Below, in pieces: positions 1 to 8,632 of a stretch of DNA of 16,714 nt (its first letter is position 1; the number at the start of each line of letters is the position of its first letter). The DNA is taken from assembly GCA_045106415.1 (NCBI GenBank), contig JBGCEP010000013.1, positions 1-16,714 on the forward strand, read 5' to 3'. This DNA is from Oligoflexales bacterium (GTDB taxonomy: Bacteria > Bdellovibrionota_B > Oligoflexia > Oligoflexales > Bog-1112). Made by a program: the position numbers and the translations under genes. The notes under the pieces were generated by a model. It did no database searches and had not been told where the DNA came from. It saw only the letters and a list, made by a program, of their open reading frames with translations.

Positions 1-655
1 TACGACAACATTTTCATTTAAATAAGGGCTTAAAACAAACTTAATATAAGTGTTGAAGACCTCGGCGTCACAGGTTCCTTCAAAAACAAAAGGAGCGATC
101 AATTCTCCTTTAGAATTTAAGGACCCAATAATATTTACAGCATTATATTGTGAACCTTCTTTTAAGCCATAAAGTCTTGAGCTTTTATGCCCCCAACCAT
201 ATTGGCATGTTTCATTATGTTTAACGCCACATTCATCCAGGTAAATAATTTCTTTCTCATATTTGTCACTAATTTTCTTCTGAAAAATATCTCGTTTTAT
301 TTCACAACGATTTTTGTATCCAAATGTTTTTTTATATGTGAAATTCATACTACGTAAATACCGCCGTATGGTAGAATCAGTGATATCACCCCAATCCTTG
401 GCTATTTCTTCTGAACTTCGATCTGGTTTTTTTTCTACAATTTTTTTAAAAGCATTAAGATCTTGTATTTTTCTCGACATCCCTTTGGGCCACTTTTATT
501 AGGGTCCATAGACCCTGTTGTCCTCAACTTTAATTGCCAGTTGTAAATTGTCTTACGGGAATTTTAAACATATCGCTGACGGCAACAGAGCTGTAGCCTT
601 CTTCTAGAGCGGTGATAATCTTTTTTTAAAGGTTTGATGAATATAATTTATGCAT
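1..655 (-). pseudogene. IS630-family transposase, degraded (runs off the left edge of the window)
   Basis: Manual translation of the minus strand: ATG at 655 gives MHKLYSSNL*KKIITALEEG (HTH start with a premature TAA). Frameshifts near 555 and 490 restore ...RKTIYNWQLKLRTTGSMDP. The frame is then open from 480 to 1: ...EIAKDWGDITDSTIRRYLRSMNFTYKKTFGY...IIYLDECG (first DDE Asp)...YGWG...NIIGSL...APFVFEGTCDAEVFNTYI...VVV. The ORF track misses it because the frame has no stop inside the window. Confidence 0.9.
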
Positions 656-699
656 ATTGAACCCAATTTTTTGTGGCCGTAACATATTAAAATTTAATA

Positions 700-724
700 G
701 TAAAAAATATATTCCAATGCTATA
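700..724 (-). repeat. Putative left terminal inverted repeat (with TA target) of the IS630 element at 1-722
   Basis: Minus strand reads TA-TAGCATTGGAATATATTTTTTAC about 45-70 bp upstream of the transposase start. IS630/Tc1-mariner elements insert at TA. It matches the right end of the MITE (15961-15985, reverse complement) at 19/25 positions. Confidence 0.55.
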
Positions 725-924
725 GCTTAATTTCAACTTGCGAGCCCACAGCAAACTCCGCGACGTTAATTGACAAAAAAGTAGGATCATATATATCCGA
801 AAACCATTCTATAACGAACTAATATTACAGTGTGCTAGACCATGAATCTTTGTATGGTTTTAAACCAACTGTACTTCGCTTAAGTCCGAGATTATAGGCT
901 TTTAACTTGTCTATTATAATTTGC

Positions 925-1524
925 TTATTCACCTTTGTTCCAAATTGCCTTAAAGTTGGCCGTCCCAGAGACTGGACTAGAAAAATCACAAAAATATTTC
1001 TCTTGCCAGATCTGAGTACTTTTCGCCAGCTTACTTGTCGTCAATACCCAAGGTGAATAAACACGGATTCCTCTTTTTCCACCTGTACCGTTATTTGAAA
1101 ATATCGTCTTATGAATCAGCACTTCCTTTGAGAATAGAAAAAAGCCAATATTTTCTTTGTTCCTTGTGCCTATGACAAAGAAATCGATTCCGTCAGTGCT
1201 ATCATGAGGGACAGTCACGCCACCTACACGCTTCCACAGAGTTACAAAATGTCCTACTTTAGTAGGAGTTGTCTTTCCGACTCTAAATTTTATTTTCCTA
1301 CCATCAAGGTCAAAGCTAAGAGCTCCATATTCTTGACTTTCCTTGTCTACCTGAATATTTTTAGGCGTTAGCCTCAAGGGGTTCAATACTGTCCTATTCA
1401 GTGAGAGGAAGTCTTGATGAAGATCAACGTCTCCAATGCCAAAATCAATGCTTTGATTACCTGTTTTCAATACTAATCCTAATCTTTTTTTAAATAGATC
1501 CTGCAAGCGCCAAGATTTCAGCAC
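925..1524 (-). CDS. MepB-family protein (start codon uncertain)
   Basis: Characteristic MepB motifs ESQEYGA, FRVGKTTPTKVGHFVTLWKR, GFFLFSKEVL, GKRGIRVYSPW and TQIWQ. The N-terminal ~35 aa from the GTG start may not be real. Confidence 0.8.
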   Translation of the reverse strand: MLKSWRLQDLFKKRLGLVLKTGNQSIDFGIGDVDLHQDFLSLNRTVLNPLRLTPKNIQVDKESQEYGALSFDLDGRKIKFRVGKTTPTKVGHFVTLWKRVGGVTVPHDSTDGIDFFVIGTRNKENIGFFLFSKEVLIHKTIFSNNGTGGKRGIRVYSPWVLTTSKLAKSTQIWQEKYFCDFSSPVSGTANFKAIWNKGE

Positions 1525-1606
1525 AATATTTATCAGGCTGCCTTAACCTAATAAAGTGATCGGAGTCCTCAAACTCAAGCAATTTTGCACCCTGATGCTT
1601 AAACCT

Positions 1607-1676
1607 TTGAAAAGCTATGCACTCGAACTTGGGCAAATCTTGAATAAACCTCAATTATTTTATGTGATTGGTATTA
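1607..1676 (+). mobile_element. Orphan right end of an IS630 element (last transposase codons, right TIR and TA)
   Basis: 67/70 nt identical to the reverse complement of 10295-10364. Encodes EKLCTRTWANLE* followed by ACCTCAATTATTTTATGTGATTGGTATTA. Confidence 0.9.
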
Positions 1677-1678
1677 TT

Positions 1679-2695
1679 CTAATCCATAATTTTATCAAAC
1701 AACAATCTATGCAATCTTATGGATAAGTCCTCGCCATCCTGTTCAAAATATATATTTTCCAATAAAACTTCGATACTTTCGTCATTAAGGTCTCGCATAA
1801 GAAGCAAGCATAACTCCTGATGTTTTTCCATAAAATAAGGCTTAGCCATATGATCTAACATCATTAAAAAAATAAGTTGATTGATGTGTTTCTTAAAATC
1901 ATTATGTTGATCACTAGAGATGTTTCTTATAGATCTTAAATTTTTAAGAAAGCTCTCACTAAAAAGAAAATCATTAGAAAAAGACACCGAAAAAAAACTA
2001 TAATCAGAAATACAAACATGCTGTTTTAATGACATAGACATAGAGGGGGCTCGTATAAAAATCCAACCCTTATCTTTCTCAATCAAGCAATGCGTTAACA
2101 AACAAAATTTAGCAACACAAAGATATCTTGATGTATAAACCCTGTTTGGTTCAATCTCTATACGGTCATCATTAAATAGCGTTCTCTCCGAGTTCAAATG
2201 AAAAAATCCACGGCACGGACCATGTGCAAAATGCAGTTCATTAGGAATGAAAAACTTTAAAGTTTGCAACGCTTCATTTAAAGCCTTTAATAATAATAAA
2301 TAAGAAATTTTTTGATAAGAGTGGTGAGTTCTTACTTTAGACTGCAGAAGTATATCCACATCAAAAAAAAGATCACTTGATATCTCTTCAAAGCTTTTAC
2401 TATCGGACGAACAAAAGTATTTTTCTACATCAAAGCAGTATTTCACTAAAAGGTCTTGTGCATCCCCAGGATAAAAAAGACCTTTTTTCAACACCCAATA
2501 TCTTGGGTACTTCTTTCGGTAAGAAGCACTATTAAATATTTCCTGCACAATAAAAAACATGTTTTTATTTGTTTTTTGTAAAGAAGAAAGATTTTCCGGA
2601 ACCATTTGAGACAAAATATCTTTAGGCAAGTCTTTTAAATCTAGAGAAAAAGACCATGAAGTATAAAAACATAAGATCACACACAAAGACTTCAT
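1679..2695 (-). CDS. Hypothetical exported protein with N-terminal F-box-like motif
   Basis: Long ORF. The preferred ATG at 2695 follows an AGAAGG RBS (the track starts at 2719). Signal-peptide-like MKSLCVILCFYTSWSFS is followed by LDLKDLPKDILSQMVPENLSSLQKTNKNMFFIV, resembling the F-box pattern LxxLPxE/DIL...L..L..V/TxKxW. The remainder is not recognised. Confidence 0.7.
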   Translation of the reverse strand: MKSLCVILCFYTSWSFSLDLKDLPKDILSQMVPENLSSLQKTNKNMFFIVQEIFNSASYRKKYPRYWVLKKGLFYPGDAQDLLVKYCFDVEKYFCSSDSKSFEEISSDLFFDVDILLQSKVRTHHSYQKISYLLLLKALNEALQTLKFFIPNELHFAHGPCRGFFHLNSERTLFNDDRIEIEPNRVYTSRYLCVAKFCLLTHCLIEKDKGWIFIRAPSMSMSLKQHVCISDYSFFSVSFSNDFLFSESFLKNLRSIRNISSDQHNDFKKHINQLIFLMMLDHMAKPYFMEKHQELCLLLMRDLNDESIEVLLENIYFEQDGEDLSIRLHRLLFDKIMD

Positions 2696-2827
2696 CTTTA
2701 AAAACCTTCTTAACAACAAAATACAGATTTTCTGTACACGTTTTTATCTAATAATGTCAACAAATCATCGAAATCTGAGAAAAGATCGGTAGGCTCAATA
2801 AATAAAACATAAACAAGAAACAAAATA

Positions 2828-2856
2828 TTTACTTTATTCAACATTCAAGATATAAA
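2828..2856 (+). promoter_or_regulatory. Possible sigma70-type promoter for the RING gene
   Basis: TTTACT-N17-TATAAA about 30 bp upstream of the ATG at 2887. Weak evidence in AT-rich DNA. Confidence 0.3.
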
Positions 2857-2886
2857 CAGCATCTAAGATTGCAGGGAGCAGATAAA

Positions 2887-4503
2887 ATGATAACAAATTT
2901 AAAAATTCACTGGGTTCAAAACCTTATTTTTATAGCAACTTTACTATCAAACTCAAATCTCTACAGCACTCAAAATCATCCGACAATCCCAGGGATGAGA
3001 AATCCTCATTTACAGTCTTTTATTACCGATTATTATTTAATGGATTCATCACAGCAGATGATGAAAGAAAGACGAATCAGGGGTCCTATTTCCGGTGGTT
3101 TTCTTCACAAAACAGTCACATACCCAGATATGCCACTTCAGGCTATTTCTCTAAGAAAACAAAAAGCTCACAGCAAATTGATTCAAATCGGCAATAAAAG
3201 CATTGTCGAAAAAAATACATCTATAGGCTATAACACAACAATATTTGAAAACATTCACATCCATTCTAATGTGATTATTGGAAACAATGTTCAGGTTCAT
3301 CAAAATGTTATTATTGGTGAAAATGTAAAAATAGGAAACAACGTTTGTATTGGCGTTGGTGTGTATATTGCTCCTAACACTGTGATTGGCAATGATACGG
3401 TCATTCAAAACCACGCACAACTCAACCTCACAAAAAAATCTCACCCTTTTCCTATTAAAATTGGAAAATATTGCTTTATTGGTTGTGACTCAGACCTACT
3501 GAACGGTGTTACCGCAGAAGATCATGTTGTCATCAATAAAAACTGCCTCGTCATTGGGCCTTTCACTTCGATAGGGCAAAGGTCTTACCTAGGAGCCGAA
3601 TCCTCAATAGAGAAGTCCAGCATCGGAAAAGACAATAAAATTGAGGCCGATAGTTGTTTGTATCGATCCACATCTGAAGATCGTGTCCAAATAGGCGCAG
3701 GTTCAGAAATTGGACCTAACGTCACTATTGAAGAAAATAGTCCCATTCCAAGAAGGTTTATCTTCCGCGATCCAACTGGCAACGCACGGCTCAAAGCAGA
3801 ACTTCTATACTCAGAGCCTCAGAGTTCAGATCATTATTTTTCAGATATTATAAATATCGAGATTGAAGACGAAGATGGAACAAAAGTACAACTACAAGGT
3901 CGTATTAAAAATATTGACAGTCATGGTCATGAGCACCTCATCGAAATAGTGGAACCTGAAGAAGTTTATCAAAATGCATTTGAAATCGAAGCACAAAAAA
4001 CACCTCGCTGGAACTATGAACCAAAAATTAACAGTGACACTGTTGGTCAACATTTAGCTGACCGCACTGGTGAGTGTTCCATCTGTCTAAATCATTTTAC
4101 AGAAGATGAACAGCTCTTTTCTCTTCATGCTTGCTCTCATTCTTTCCATAAATCTTGTATCCTACCTTGGTTTACCGAACATCAAACATGCCCATTATGT
4201 CGCTCTTCTTCTTACCCGAATTTAAAAGACAAAGCTAAAATTGTCGAAGATATCAAAAAAGCTCTTTTAATCTTAAATCACGAAATCACTTCTCATGAAG
4301 AAGATGTTATGACCCCCACCAATGGGATTGTTCAGTTTCATAGAGTATCAGAAGACGATGATGGTATCTTTTTCTCATTCGCACTCAACTTACATGACAA
4401 TCGTGAAAACAACGCGGTCATTCTAGCTGCAATCAATCACTTTGCTGAAGAGGGTTTAGAACCTGATCAGGATTATGATATTGAAGTCATATACTCTAAT
4501 TAA
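2887..4503 (+). CDS. Putative exported protein: signal peptide + hexapeptide-repeat left-handed beta-helix + RING-H2 zinc finger (candidate E3 ubiquitin ligase)
   Basis: ATG at 2887 follows AGGGAG (the track starts at TTG 2869). Hydrophobic N-terminus (WVQNLIFIATLLSNSNLYS). Many [LIV]-G-x-N-x-x hexapeptides at ~3181-3750 (IIGNNV QVHQNV IIGENV KIGNNV CIGVGV YIAPNT VIGNDT). Complete C3H2C3 motif CSIC-x15-CSHSFHKSCILPW-x6-CPLCR at 4075-4203. Confidence 0.9.
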   Translation: MITNLKIHWVQNLIFIATLLSNSNLYSTQNHPTIPGMRNPHLQSFITDYYLMDSSQQMMKERRIRGPISGGFLHKTVTYPDMPLQAISLRKQKAHSKLIQIGNKSIVEKNTSIGYNTTIFENIHIHSNVIIGNNVQVHQNVIIGENVKIGNNVCIGVGVYIAPNTVIGNDTVIQNHAQLNLTKKSHPFPIKIGKYCFIGCDSDLLNGVTAEDHVVINKNCLVIGPFTSIGQRSYLGAESSIEKSSIGKDNKIEADSCLYRSTSEDRVQIGAGSEIGPNVTIEENSPIPRRFIFRDPTGNARLKAELLYSEPQSSDHYFSDIINIEIEDEDGTKVQLQGRIKNIDSHGHEHLIEIVEPEEVYQNAFEIEAQKTPRWNYEPKINSDTVGQHLADRTGECSICLNHFTEDEQLFSLHACSHSFHKSCILPWFTEHQTCPLCRSSSYPNLKDKAKIVEDIKKALLILNHEITSHEEDVMTPTNGIVQFHRVSEDDDGIFFSFALNLHDNRENNAVILAAINHFAEEGLEPDQDYDIEVIYSN

Positions 4504-4528
4504 GTGGTAGGCCAGGTTCGGCTACCGC
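4504..4528. terminator. Imperfect GC-rich hairpin immediately after the RING gene stop
   Basis: GTGGTAG(G)CC-aggttc-GGCTACCGC forms a ~9-bp stem with one bulge and one G-U pair. There is no clear U-tract on the + strand. Confidence 0.3.
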
Positions 4529-5035
4529 ATCAGAATTGCTGTAAAGAAAATCTTTCAACTGTCATAAAAGATCTTTAAAAGTTTTCAGACATCTTCTTAG
4601 AGAGCGATGCATCTAAATCACTCAAAAAGAAGAAATTTTTCTCGACAAGAGATTCATCTTTCTCTTGTATACTTGTGGATTCAGAGAATTTTTAAAGTAG
4701 CGATTTAATTTGAATTTAAACTTTAGATCCGACATTGAGCAGCTCTGGTGCTGATTTTTTCTTTAAACCATGACAACTTGAAATCAATGTAAATTTTTAA
4801 TTCCCTCAAAATTCGATCACTATTGAATTTATTATTCAAAGATTTAAAAGCAAACTCAAAACCCGCATCGATCAACATTTTTATAATGTCAATTACCATA
4901 AAGAAAAAGTAGCCCCAGAACTGCTCAATGTCGGTTAGATGGGGCAAGAAATAAATTCAACCTCTACTTTCAAAAATTTACACACTACGTCTAATTCAGA
5001 AGATTGTTTAACCTCTTTTGACGCACGGCTTACTA

Positions 5036-6103
5036 TCATCCTGCAATATGGCTCATCATAAGTTCTAAATTTTCTTGAGAGGTGGCATGCTTCATAGCTG
5101 CCTCACGGGACACGATTCCTTTTTCATACATTTGATAAATTGATTGATCAAATGTATGCATGCCATGGTGAGATCCTTCTTTGATAACATCTGGAAGAAC
5201 TTGAAAATTTCCTATTTGAATATAATCCCGAATCGAGTGATTAATCGCCATCACTTCAGTAGCAACTGCGCATCCTCTTCTGTTTTTCTTTTCTAGTAAT
5301 CTTTGAGAAACGATCATCTGAAGTGTATTGGCGAGCTGCGTTCGGCACATTTCATGATGGTGAGGGGGAAACCAATTAAGAACTCTTGACAAAGTCGATG
5401 CAGCATCGAGAGTATGAAGTGAAGTCAAAACAAGATGTCCTGTTTCTGCAGCAAGTAGTGCAAACCGCGCAGATTCCATGTCTCTTAATTCTCCTATCAT
5501 AATCACATCAGGGTTTTGCCTAAGAGCCGATTTCAAAGCCAACTCAAAACTAGGTGCATCTGATGGTATTTCTCTTTGTTGAATTGTACTTTGTTGATCT
5601 TGAAACATATATTCAACAGGGTCTTCAATCGTAATAATATGAGCTTTACGGTGCTGGTTAACCGCTTGAACAATAGCAGCGAGTGTTGTGCTCTTCCCAC
5701 TTCCTGTTGCACCCGTCACAAGAACCAGCCCTCTTTGTTTCATAGCCATCTTCGAAATAATAGAAGGAAGCTGGAGCTCTTCTAAAGTTTTAATACTCAT
5801 AGGTATGGGGCGAATCACCATACTGTGGGATCCCATTTGTCGAAAAATATTAACACGGAAACGTCCTACCTCTCCTTGAAAACCCATATCAACATCATGG
5901 CCCTCATCTAATTTTTGCAGAAGTTTTTTATTTAAAAGAGTCTTTACCCATTGGTTCATCTGATCAGAAGAAATCACATTCCCATCAGTCAAAGGCACAA
6001 GATCACCAAGGTGTCGAAAAGTTGGAACACGTCCCACTTTTAAAATAATATCGCTCGCACCACCTTGCACTCCTACTTTTAAAAGATCATGAATTGCAAC
6101 CAT
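5036..6103 (-). CDS. pilT: Type IV pilus retraction ATPase, PilT/PilU family
   Basis: N-terminal GASDIILKVG, GRFRVNIFRQ, Walker A GATGSGKST, Asp box ITIEDPVE, SALRQNPDVIMIGELRD (Walker B), His box AETGHLVLTSLHT, GMHTFDQS. The AIRNLIRE position reads SIRDYIQI, so it may be a PilU-like paralogue. Confidence 0.92.
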   Translation of the reverse strand: MVAIHDLLKVGVQGGASDIILKVGRVPTFRHLGDLVPLTDGNVISSDQMNQWVKTLLNKKLLQKLDEGHDVDMGFQGEVGRFRVNIFRQMGSHSMVIRPIPMSIKTLEELQLPSIISKMAMKQRGLVLVTGATGSGKSTTLAAIVQAVNQHRKAHIITIEDPVEYMFQDQQSTIQQREIPSDAPSFELALKSALRQNPDVIMIGELRDMESARFALLAAETGHLVLTSLHTLDAASTLSRVLNWFPPHHHEMCRTQLANTLQMIVSQRLLEKKNRRGCAVATEVMAINHSIRDYIQIGNFQVLPDVIKEGSHHGMHTFDQSIYQMYEKGIVSREAAMKHATSQENLELMMSHIAG

Positions 6104-6130
6104 AATAAACCTTTAGATCGATTTAACTCC

Positions 6131-6158
6131 TTATCGGTATCATTTTCCAAAAGTCTGA
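6131..6158 (-). promoter_or_regulatory. Putative sigma28 (FliA) promoter of pilT
   Basis: Minus strand TCAG-N16-ACCGATAA, 27 bp upstream of the ATG. Consensus is TAAA-N15-GCCGATAA. Confidence 0.5.
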
Positions 6159-6262
6159 AACATGCGATTAAAACATAGGGCAGAGTACAAAAAAATCAAC
6201 ACCTTGGGTATTTTTTAGACAAATGATAAGATAGCCTGGTTCATTTTTAAGAAGGATCTTTG

Positions 6263-7231
6263 ATGAAAAAATATGATGTTTCCGCTGTCTGTAATGCCCT
6301 TGTTGATGTTCTCTATCAAATTTCACAAGAACAGCTCGATGAGCTCAAAATCAGCAAAGGTATGATGACACTTGCTGATGCTGAAACTCAAAAAAAACTC
6401 CTTGGAAAATTAGGGGCACCAGATCGATGTGAACTCGGTGGTTCTGCAATGAATGCTATCCGTGGTTTAGCAAGTCTAGGAAGTTCAACCGTTTTTGCCG
6501 GCATGGTTGGCCGTGATGACTATGGCAAAACGATCCACAAACGTATGGAAGAACTTAATATAAAAAATAACCTTGGCGAATGCGACGATGCCACAGGAAC
6601 TTGCATTGTTCTTGTTACACCTGATGGAGAAAGAACGATGCATACTTGCCTTGGGGCAAGCCGGCTTTACACAACAGCTAATATTCCAAACGAAATCACA
6701 GATTCAAAAGTCTTTCACTTCTGCGGATACCAATGGGATACAGATGAGCAAAAATCTGCAATAAAAAAAGCAATTGCATTAGCAAAAGAAAACAACACCA
6801 CAACCTCTTTCGACGTTGCTGATCCTTTCGTTGTTCAAGCACATAGAGAAGACTTCAAAGCCTTGATTAAAGATGGCGCAGATATTGTATTTGCAAATGA
6901 GGAAGAAGCGAAATTACTTTACAACCTCTCTCCTGAAGACACTGCGGCATGTATTGCAGAAACAGGTGCAACTGCTGTCATTAAACTTGGATCAAAAGGA
7001 GCTATCATTCAAAAAGGTTCCCAAAAAATCAAAATTGATCCCGTTCCAACAGACGTTGTCGACACTACGGCAGCTGGAGATATGTTTGCAGCTGGTTTTC
7101 TCTGGGGCTTTACGCAAGATAGACCTCTCGATGAGTGTGGGCGCGCAGCAGCGACTCTCGCAAGCGATACAATCCGTCAGCTTGGCGCATCCCTATCCTC
7201 AGAAGTCATCTCAACCTTGAAAGGATCATAA
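6263..7231 (+). CDS. PfkB/ribokinase-family kinase, adenosine/inosine kinase-like
   Basis: NALVD, KGMMTL, GGSAMN, TGTCIVLVTPDGERTMHTCLGA, FANEEEA and the PfkB signature VDTTAAGDMFAAGFL. ATG at 6263 follows AAGAAGGA. Confidence 0.9.
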   Translation: MKKYDVSAVCNALVDVLYQISQEQLDELKISKGMMTLADAETQKKLLGKLGAPDRCELGGSAMNAIRGLASLGSSTVFAGMVGRDDYGKTIHKRMEELNIKNNLGECDDATGTCIVLVTPDGERTMHTCLGASRLYTTANIPNEITDSKVFHFCGYQWDTDEQKSAIKKAIALAKENNTTTSFDVADPFVVQAHREDFKALIKDGADIVFANEEEAKLLYNLSPEDTAACIAETGATAVIKLGSKGAIIQKGSQKIKIDPVPTDVVDTTAAGDMFAAGFLWGFTQDRPLDECGRAAATLASDTIRQLGASLSSEVISTLKGS

Positions 7232-7234
7232 GCT

Positions 7235-8632
7235 GTGAAAAATTTCCTTCAAGATATTGTGAACCAAGAGTCTGGTTTTGTTGAATTGCGATACCACGCA
7301 CAACAGCTCAACAACATCTGTGTCACCCGAAAACGCACAGATAGTGCTCATCACCAATATCTTGAAGGAATTGCTGTTCGCGTCCATGAGAACGGTCACT
7401 GGGGCTTTTCAGCCACCTCAGACCTCTCAAAAGAATCTATTCAGCGAGCAATTTATCGCGCACGTCAGAGTGCCGCGCACATTACTCGAATTTTACCTAA
7501 TTCACACAAAAATCCTTTAAGAAAAGTTGATCTTTATAAAGGTAGTTTCATAAGCCCTGGATATGAAGAAATCCAAAATATACCTTTTGAAGAAAAAATA
7601 TCTAAAATTTCACAAATAGAACGAGAAGCAGCTCTCGCTTCTTCCAAGATTCATACAGCATCATGCCGCTACGAAGAGCTTATTGAACATAGAATCATTA
7701 TCACCTCTGACGGAGCTCAAGCTGACATTAAGACCTCAAGACCGACTCTTTATGTCCGTTGCTTTGCTCAGCATAAAGATAAAGAATCTACAGCAGATCA
7801 TGCCGCAGGAATCACAGGTTCCTGGTCTCAACTTTTGCAGCACCCTCAACTCATCAACGCCTCAGAAAAAACAGCCAAAAAAGCCATCGACCTCCTCTGT
7901 GCCCCATATGTGAAAAGTGGAACGCATTCTGTAATTTTATCCCCTGCTCTCGTAGGTCTCTTGTGCCATGAAGCCATAGGACACACTGTTGAAGCTGACT
8001 TCGTAAAAGCAGGATCTGTCGCTCAAGGCCGACTCAACACACAAATAGCCTCCGAGCACATCACTCTTATAGATGAGGGATCGCCTGAACAAAAAAGTGT
8101 CGCAGGCTATCTTCCTTGTGACGATGAAGGTGTTATCACAAAACCTACTCATATCATTGAAAAAGGCCAACTCAAATCGTATCTCCACGATCGCACATCA
8201 GCGACAGAATTTGAAACAGCACCCACTGGCAATTCTCGTGCATTCAGCTATATTGATGAACCCATGATCCGTATGACAAACACATATTTAAAGCCTGGTA
8301 AAAAAGACCTTGATGAAATGATCTCTGAAATTCCTTTTGGCTATCTAGCTGAAGGTGATGGCGGCGGAGAAGCCGACAGTAACGGTGAGTTTCAGTTCGG
8401 ATGCGGGTGGTTATGGGAAATTAAAAACGGTCGGAAAACTCGGCTCATCAGAGAAGCCAATCTTTCTGGTCTCGCGTTTGAAGTTCTTCAAAGTGTTGAC
8501 GCAGTCAGTACATCTTCCCACTGGGATATGGGCTCTGGGTACTGCTACAAAGGGCAGAAAGCAAAAGTCGATGCTGGCGGCCCTCACATTCGCTGTAAGC
8601 TGCATATAGGAGGACAATCATGTCAGTCATAG
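7235..8632 (+). CDS. tldD: TldD-family metalloprotease (catalytic subunit)
   Basis: GIAVRV..G.WGF N-terminus, metal-binding HEAIGH (HExxGH), DDEGV, TGNSRA, PMIRMTNTY, and C-terminal GYCYKGQ with the conserved Cys. GTG start lies 3 bp after the kinase stop. Confidence 0.92.
   Translation: MKNFLQDIVNQESGFVELRYHAQQLNNICVTRKRTDSAHHQYLEGIAVRVHENGHWGFSATSDLSKESIQRAIYRARQSAAHITRILPNSHKNPLRKVDLYKGSFISPGYEEIQNIPFEEKISKISQIEREAALASSKIHTASCRYEELIEHRIIITSDGAQADIKTSRPTLYVRCFAQHKDKESTADHAAGITGSWSQLLQHPQLINASEKTAKKAIDLLCAPYVKSGTHSVILSPALVGLLCHEAIGHTVEADFVKAGSVAQGRLNTQIASEHITLIDEGSPEQKSVAGYLPCDDEGVITKPTHIIEKGQLKSYLHDRTSATEFETAPTGNSRAFSYIDEPMIRMTNTYLKPGKKDLDEMISEIPFGYLAEGDGGGEADSNGEFQFGCGWLWEIKNGRKTRLIREANLSGLAFEVLQSVDAVSTSSHWDMGSGYCYKGQKAKVDAGGPHIRCKLHIGGQSCQS

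Noticed and set aside
314..502. 62-aa + strand ORF
   Set aside because: Antisense shadow of the IS630 transposase on the minus strand.
2887..3750. Calling the hexapeptide protein LpxD, LpxA or GlmU
   Set aside because: It lacks the accessory domains and genomic context of those enzymes and instead has a signal-like N-terminus and a RING finger.
4530..4947. 74-aa minus ORF (4723-4947) and protein-like fragments downstream of pilT
   Set aside because: Possibly a decayed gene, but there is no recognisable motif, a weak start and several frame breaks, so it cannot be supported as a feature.
5030..5038. Triple tandem stop TGA-TAG-TAA after pilT
   Set aside because: Real, but tandem stops are common in AT-rich genomes and there is no sign of recoding.
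3151..8617. Short overlapping ORFs inside the RING gene, pilT, kinase and tldD
   Set aside because: Alternative-frame or antisense ORFs within well-supported genes, with no recognisable motifs. The same applies to 13080-13286, 15076-15366, 15326-15511 and 16440-16667.
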